Below, in pieces: positions 58,820 through 64,000 of a stretch of DNA of 64,000 nucleotides (position 1 is its first letter; the number at the start of each line of letters is the position of its first letter). The DNA comes from Parcubacteria group bacterium GW2011_GWA2_40_23 (GTDB lineage Bacteria > Patescibacteriota > Patescibacteriia > UBA11705 > JABHMO01): positions 9,509 to 73,508 of the forward strand of contig LBYP01000003.1 in assembly GCA_000996245.1 (NCBI GenBank). Direction: 5' to 3'. Below the pieces are notes generated by a model that ran no database searches, was not told the DNA's origin, and saw only the letters and a list, made by a program, of their open reading frames with translations. The translations under genes were made by a program, and so were the position numbers.

Positions 58820-58893
58820 TGGAGCGGAATACGGGAGTCGGACCCGCTTCTTTAGCTTGGGAAGCTAACATAATACCGTTATACGAATTCCGC
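58820..58893 (-). tRNA. tRNA-Gly(CCC)
   Basis: Reverse complement GCGGAAT...TTAGC-TTCCCAA-GCTAA...ATTCCGC-T-CCA. Confidence 0.9.
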
Positions 58894-58987
58894 AATATTG
58901 ATTCAATTTTAGCCTAAATTTTTGGAATTGAAAAGCTCCTTAATGACATTCATATCACTAAGGAGCTTTCATCCTAACGGCTGGCTA

Positions 58988-59302
58988 TCATCTGACAGCT
59001 GCGTTTGCGGTTTGTTTTCCATAATTTGCTTTAAGTTTTTTAGCGGCTCGTTCCTTTCTCTTCTGAATTTTGAAGAAATAGGTTGTGAGCATGGTACCCA
59101 CTGAACATCCGGCTGCATAAAGAAGAATTAGCTGCCAATTGTTAATGTCATTAACAAAGATGGTCAAAATGTAGTACCAGATTAAGACGTTGATTGATGT
59201 GATGATGCCGCTTTTTAAGACCTTGGCGTCGGAGACGACAGTAGTCCAAGCAGTCACAACAATCATTTCAACGATTCCGATTATGAATAGCATCATAGGC
59301 AT
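58988..59302 (-). CDS. small membrane protein (DUF5698-like)
   Basis: Three TM segments, YAAGCSVGT. Confidence 0.6.
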   Translation of the reverse strand: MPMMLFIIGIVEMIVVTAWTTVVSDAKVLKSGIITSINVLIWYYILTIFVNDINNWQLILLYAAGCSVGTMLTTYFFKIQKRKERAAKKLKANYGKQTANAAVR

Positions 59303-59588
59303 TTTTTTATGTTAATCTGCATAAAAACAGCCGACCTTTTGATGATTCTGTTTTCACTGGTTTCCCAGTGGCTCTATTATAGGCTAAAAGCAAAATACTG
59401 TCAAGTCGTAAAAGGTCATATTTGGACTAATTTTAGGTAAATTTTGGGGAAAGAATAATGAATAATGAATAAAGAATAATGAAGCAAAACACGTTATTCG
59501 TTATTCTTAATTCTTTATTCCCGTCCATGGTATAATGAAGGTACTTGTTAAGGATTTAGGGTTTTAAACGTCTTATATTATAGAGCAT

Positions 59589-60095
59589 ATGCCCAGCCGA
59601 GAAGAAAAATTTGAGCAGTTATTTGAAATACACGCTGACGAAATTTTCCGTTTTGTCTATTTCCGAGTCTATGACAGGGAGTTAGCCAAGGATTTGGTGC
59701 AAGATACTTTTTTGCGCGCCTGGAGCTTTGAGCTTAAAGAGAAAGTTTGGAATAAGCGTGCACTCCTGTTTAAGATAGCTCGAAATTTGATTATCGATAA
59801 CGCACGTCAAAAAAGGGAGACTTACTCAATCGATCAAGTGTTAGAACAATCTGGGGTTGAGCCCATCGATAAAAAGGATCTGGACATCGAACTTGATGGA
59901 AAAATGTTTTTAGAGAACCTAGATAAACTCAAAACTGACGAGCAGGAATTAATTACACTCAGATATTTAAGCGGATTTTCTCCACGCGAAATTGCTAAAA
60001 TGTTAGAGCGTAGTGTCGGCGTAGTCTCGGTACAATTAACTCGAGCTAAAAATAAGCTCAAACAAATTTATGAAGATTCCATTCCGAAAAATTAA
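59589..60095 (+). CDS. ECF RNA polymerase sigma factor
   Basis: AKDLVQDTFLRAW, LFKIARNLIID, SPREIA...RAKNKL. Confidence 0.92.
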   Translation: MPSREEKFEQLFEIHADEIFRFVYFRVYDRELAKDLVQDTFLRAWSFELKEKVWNKRALLFKIARNLIIDNARQKRETYSIDQVLEQSGVEPIDKKDLDIELDGKMFLENLDKLKTDEQELITLRYLSGFSPREIAKMLERSVGVVSVQLTRAKNKLKQIYEDSIPKN

Positions 60096-61206
60096 ACAAG
60101 ATTTTACCGCAGTTAGATTTTCATCTGAAGAAAAAGCGGGAGTATTAAAATCAATTAATTTGTATATGGCTGAAAATCCACTCGAAAGACAAGGTTTTAG
60201 TTTCAATTTATTCATAAGAAAAAATTATATGATTCCAGCAATAATTATCGCTCTATTACTAGCCACTTCTGGTGGCACCGTCGCTGCCGCAGAAAATTCA
60301 TTGCCCGGCGATATGCTTTACGGAGTTAAGCTCCAGGTAAATGAAAGAATGATGTCGGCTCTGGCTGTTTCTGATGATGCTGAAGCCGATGTCCAATCAA
60401 AACTGGCAGAACGTAGGCTCCAAGAATTTAACAAAATGATAGAAATAAAGGAATGGTCTGCTGAAAAGGAGCAAAAAATGGCAGATCGTTTGGCTGAGTA
60501 TCAAACAAAAACGCTGGCACTAATTGAAAGATTACGAACTGCAGGAAAGAATGAATTGGCTGATAGTATTTATGACAGAATGGTGGCTAAAGAAAATTCC
60601 CATGAAGAATTTGTCGCCATGATAAAAAATGCAAGTTCCGAAGATGTCAAAACCAAATTAGCGGAACGCATGAAGGAAATGCGTTCTAAAGTTGATGCTG
60701 CTGATGAAATCGTAAAAACCCCAGAAGGTTTAAAGGTTAGCGCAGAACAACACATTCAAAATGCAAAAGATGCTATTACTCAACTTGCGAAGGTTTACGA
60801 TGAGCAGAAAGCAACTCTCAGTGATCGTTTAAAAACTTATATGGAAAGCTCCTTAGCAGAAGCTCAGAGTAAACTGGCTGAAGCAGAAGCGAAATATGCA
60901 ATCCTCGAATATCAGCCAGCCTCAGATTTAGCCAAAGATGCTATGCATATAGCAATTAAGGCTCGTAATTTCAGCAGTATGATTGAAAATGCAGGGGAGC
61001 TGGTCAGCGAGAAAAAATTAGAAAAGATGGAAGTTCATCAGGAAACTAAAAATGAACCTCAAGACCTAGTTGAACAGAAAAAAGAAGAAGTAAAACAATC
61101 GAACAAAGATTTACAGCAAGACAGTCAAGACTCAAAAGAGACGCTAAGAGAAGATAGAAAGGAACAAGAAGATGAAGAAGAATTGGAAGTTGAAGATAGA
61201 AATTAA
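60070..61206 (+). CDS. DUF5667-like membrane-anchored protein (putative anti-sigma)
   Basis: TM then AENSLPGDMLYGVK..NE, coiled coils, overlaps the ECF gene. Confidence 0.7.
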   Translation: MKIPFRKIKQDFTAVRFSSEEKAGVLKSINLYMAENPLERQGFSFNLFIRKNYMIPAIIIALLLATSGGTVAAAENSLPGDMLYGVKLQVNERMMSALAVSDDAEADVQSKLAERRLQEFNKMIEIKEWSAEKEQKMADRLAEYQTKTLALIERLRTAGKNELADSIYDRMVAKENSHEEFVAMIKNASSEDVKTKLAERMKEMRSKVDAADEIVKTPEGLKVSAEQHIQNAKDAITQLAKVYDEQKATLSDRLKTYMESSLAEAQSKLAEAEAKYAILEYQPASDLAKDAMHIAIKARNFSSMIENAGELVSEKKLEKMEVHQETKNEPQDLVEQKKEEVKQSNKDLQQDSQDSKETLREDRKEQEDEEELEVEDRN

Positions 61207-61213
61207 TTCAAAT

Positions 61214-61298
61214 AAAAATATACGGACCGCCCATTCGGACGGTAGGGATAGGTCGAGACCTGTCCCTACAACGCAGCGCGTTGATCCGTATATTTTTT
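61214..61298 (-). repeat. four-way-junction palindromic element, copy 3 (reverse orientation)
   Basis: Same three hairpins in reversed order inside a different outer stem. Confidence 0.85.
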
Positions 61299-63105
61299 AT
61301 TCTTCTGTTTCTTCAACTACACCAGGACGTCTATTTTTATTGCGAGCATTTTTAGTTAAGCCTTTTTTACGGAGACGGACAAAGTGTGGAGTAATTTCTA
61401 GATATTCATCTTCCTTCATGATACTAAGTCCTTTTTCAATGGTAAGTTCAATCGGGGTAGTAAGTTCAATTGCTTCATCCGCATTAGAGGAACGCATGTT
61501 GGTTAGGTTTTTGCCCTTGATTGGATTTACTTCCATGTCATTGCCTTTGGCAGTATTACCAATGACCATGCCTTCATAAACTTGTGTTGTTGGAGCAGTA
61601 TATAATTGGCCGCGATTTTGTAAGTTAGCCAGAGAGAAGGCAAGAACTTTTCCAGTGGCCATAGAAATCATAGAGCCGAATTCAGTTTTTTCAATGTCAC
61701 CAGCATAAGGTCTAAAACCAAGGTTATGACTGCATAAAATTCCTTCTCCACGAGTGTCAACAACGAATTCAGCACGATAGCCAAGCAATCCACGGACAGG
61801 GATGTCAAATAATAATCTGGAGTTGCCATTATGGGTTGTGAGTTTTGTCATGATACCTTTGCGGCGTGAAATTTTATCAATAATAGTTCCGGTTAAATTA
61901 TCTGGAATATCAATGGTAATTTCTTCGTATGGCTCTAACTTTTGGCCGTTTTCTTCTTTAATAATTACAGTTGGTTGTGAAACTTGAAGTTCATAACCTT
62001 CGCGGCGCATGTTTTCTAAAAGAATAGCTACATGCAATTCTCCGCGACTGCTAATTTTATAATAAGTTGTTGGAGAAAAATCTACTTTAAGACCGACGTT
62101 AACTTCTAATTCTTTTTGTAAACGTTCTTTAATTTGGTTGTTGGTGACGTATTTGCCATCTTGTCCAGCAAAAGGTGAGTCATTTACCAAGAAGGATAAA
62201 GAAATAGTTGGTTCATCAATTTTAATGTGTGGGAGTGGTTCTTGATTTTCGTTTTCACAAATAGTATCGCCAATATAAATATTAGGAATACCAGCGATCA
62301 AAGCAATATCACCAGAATAGGCTGTTTGAACTTCTTGTCGTTTTAATCCATGAAAAGTAAAAAGTTTAGTTACCTTTGATGTTGAAATTCCATCTTGTTT
62401 AATAATGGTTACTTTTTGGCCTACTGAAATTTTGCCATTATAAATTCTGGCAATCGCTAAACGGCCTAAAAAATTATCATAAGCTAAGTTGAAAGGTTGT
62501 GCGGTCAACTCTTTGTTTAAAGCTTCTTCAGTTGTGGCTGGTTGGACGTATTCTAAAATAGTATCAAGTAAAGGATTTAAATTTTCTCCAGGAATAGCCG
62601 GGTCGAGCGTGCATTTGCCTTGCTTAGCGATGGCATAGAGAGTAGGAAATTTTAGTTGTTCATCATTAGCTCCAAGATCAAGGAAAAGTTCATAGATTTC
62701 TTCTTTAACCTCAGAAATTCGAGCGGCTGGTTTATCAATTTTATTAATAACAACAATTGGCTTAAGACCGAGTTCAATAGATTTTTTCAAAACAAATTTA
62801 GTCTGTGGCATTGGTCCTTCCTGTGCATCAACTAAAAGAACAACAGAGTCGATAGAACGCAAAACGCGCTCAACTTCAGAACCAAAATCAGCATGACCGG
62901 GAGTATCGATAATGTTAATTTTTACGTCTTTATAAATAACAGACGTATTCTTTGAGTAAATTGTAATGCCGCGTTCTTGCTCCAATTTATTGCTGTCCAT
63001 GCTTTCTTCCGCCTCGCACATGCCGTTTTGTTTCATGAGTGCGTCGGTGAGAGATGTCTTGCCATGGTCAACGTGGGCAATAATGGCGATGTTTCGTATT
63101 TCCAT
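61297..63105 (-). CDS. typA: translational GTPase TypA/BipA
   Basis: [34 protein letters not shown]. Confidence 0.96.
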   Translation of the reverse strand: MEIRNIAIIAHVDHGKTSLTDALMKQNGMCEAEESMDSNKLEQERGITIYSKNTSVIYKDVKINIIDTPGHADFGSEVERVLRSIDSVVLLVDAQEGPMPQTKFVLKKSIELGLKPIVVINKIDKPAARISEVKEEIYELFLDLGANDEQLKFPTLYAIAKQGKCTLDPAIPGENLNPLLDTILEYVQPATTEEALNKELTAQPFNLAYDNFLGRLAIARIYNGKISVGQKVTIIKQDGISTSKVTKLFTFHGLKRQEVQTAYSGDIALIAGIPNIYIGDTICENENQEPLPHIKIDEPTISLSFLVNDSPFAGQDGKYVTNNQIKERLQKELEVNVGLKVDFSPTTYYKISSRGELHVAILLENMRREGYELQVSQPTVIIKEENGQKLEPYEEITIDIPDNLTGTIIDKISRRKGIMTKLTTHNGNSRLLFDIPVRGLLGYRAEFVVDTRGEGILCSHNLGFRPYAGDIEKTEFGSMISMATGKVLAFSLANLQNRGQLYTAPTTQVYEGMVIGNTAKGNDMEVNPIKGKNLTNMRSSNADEAIELTTPIELTIEKGLSIMKEDEYLEITPHFVRLRKKGLTKNARNKNRRPGVVEETEE

Positions 63106-63168
63106 AGTATTAATTTGATGACAATAGAATATCAAGAAAAGGGAATTTTGTCAATGTTTGTGATAATG

Positions 63169-63307
63169 CATCCGATTTGCGAGGAGTCTCGCCCTAGCGG
63201 GACGACGTGGCAATCTCTTAATCATTCTTAAACAATCTTCTGCGACAGTTGCAAAAGATTGCTTCGTCGTAGAAATAGTTAAGATAGGACTCCTCGCAAA
63301 TCGAATG
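63169..63307. repeat. long inverted REP-like element (ttgcga...gcaatct family)
   Basis: catccgatttgcgaggagtc ... gactcctcgcaaatcgaatg, 19/20 complementary. Relatives at 27903, 28126 and 57061. Confidence 0.75.
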
Positions 63308-63370
63308 TGGTTGTCGCAAACAAAACTCCGCGCGACAGAAAATTGCGTGCGGAGTGTTAAAGATTCTTTA

Positions 63371-64000
63371 TTACATCATTCCCCCCATGCCACCCATACC
63401 ACCACCTCCATCATGATCATGTTTATGTTCATCTTCAGGGTCATCAGTAATGACACATTCAGTTGTGAGCAACATGGCCGAAATTGAAGCTGCATTTTGC
63501 AAAGCGCAACGAGTTACTTTTGTTGGGTCAATGATACCAGCTTTAACCAAATCTTCGAACTTATCTGTTGATGCATTATAACCAACATTGCCGCTGTTGC
63601 GACGAACTTCTTCGGCAATAACTGCTCCATCTTTACCAGCATTAATGGCGATTTGTCGTATTGGTTCTTCGAGGGCTCGTTTTAAAATGTCGATGCCGAT
63701 TTTTTGTTCACCGGTTAATTCAACTTGGTCCAAAATTTTCTTAGCGCGGAAAAGTGCGACTCCGCCGCCAGGTACTATACCTTCTTCAACTGCGGCTTTG
63801 GTGGCATTGATGGCATCTTCGATGCGAAGTTTCATTTCTTTAACTTCTGTTTCAGTAGCCGCGCCAACTTTGATAACAGCCACGCCACCAGCAAGTTTGG
63901 CTAAACGTTCTTTTAATTTTTCTTTATCAAATTCAGAAGTACTAGTTTCAATTTCAGTTCTGATATGAGCAATTCTATCGTCCAAAACTTTTTTATCGCC
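63371..64000 (-). CDS. groL: chaperonin GroEL (C-terminal part)
   Basis: [42 protein letters not shown] tail. Confidence 0.97.
   Translation of the reverse strand, partial: GDKKVLDDRIAHIRTEIETSTSEFDKEKLKERLAKLAGGVAVIKVGAATETEVKEMKLRIEDAINATKAAVEEGIVPGGGVALFRAKKILDQVELTGEQKIGIDILKRALEEPIRQIAINAGKDGAVIAEEVRRNSGNVGYNASTDKFEDLVKAGIIDPTKVTRCALQNAASISAMLLTTECVITDDPEDEHKHDHDGGGGMGGMGGMM

Noticed and set aside
61172-61579. 135-aa plus-strand ORF
   Set aside because: Antisense to typA and runs through the palindromic element.

Overview
Origin-of-replication region of an AT-rich, reduced-genome bacterium, most likely Patescibacteria/CPR. This placement is an inference from a tandem array of seven TrbC/VirB2-like pilins, an ECF sigma + DUF5667 pair, short SMC, PGI/PMI and core genes without Shine-Dalgarno (SD) motifs. 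Core genes are dnaN-dnaA / rpmH-rnpA-yidD, galU, yebC-ruvC, rimK, PBP1A, smc, maf, typA, groEL, plus tRNA-Ser(CGA) and tRNA-Gly(CCC). The strongest unexplained structure is at 18.8-24.6 kb, downstream of tRNA-Ser. There, six intergenic arrays of a ~57-62 bp unit built from AATCAT(A/G)GT sub-repeats (about 20 units) separate co-oriented accessory genes like cassettes. A GxxExxY (PD-(D/E)XK-like) nuclease gene sits in the middle, bracketed by a 56-bp direct repeat of the same family, which suggests a repeat/nuclease cassette system that is neither CRISPR nor a classical integron. Other signals: (i) GC-rich orphan genes and sORFs with SD motifs and mostly their own sigma70 promoters, unlike the SD-less core; (ii) a three-copy, covarying four-way-junction element at convergent gene ends; (iii) two promoter-to-terminator structured RNA/sORF units; (iv) REP palindromes, two of them in frame inside a gene; (v) a serS / AlaRS-like / peptidase E / archaeal-type MAT cluster. 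All calls come from reading the sequence; no database searches were run.
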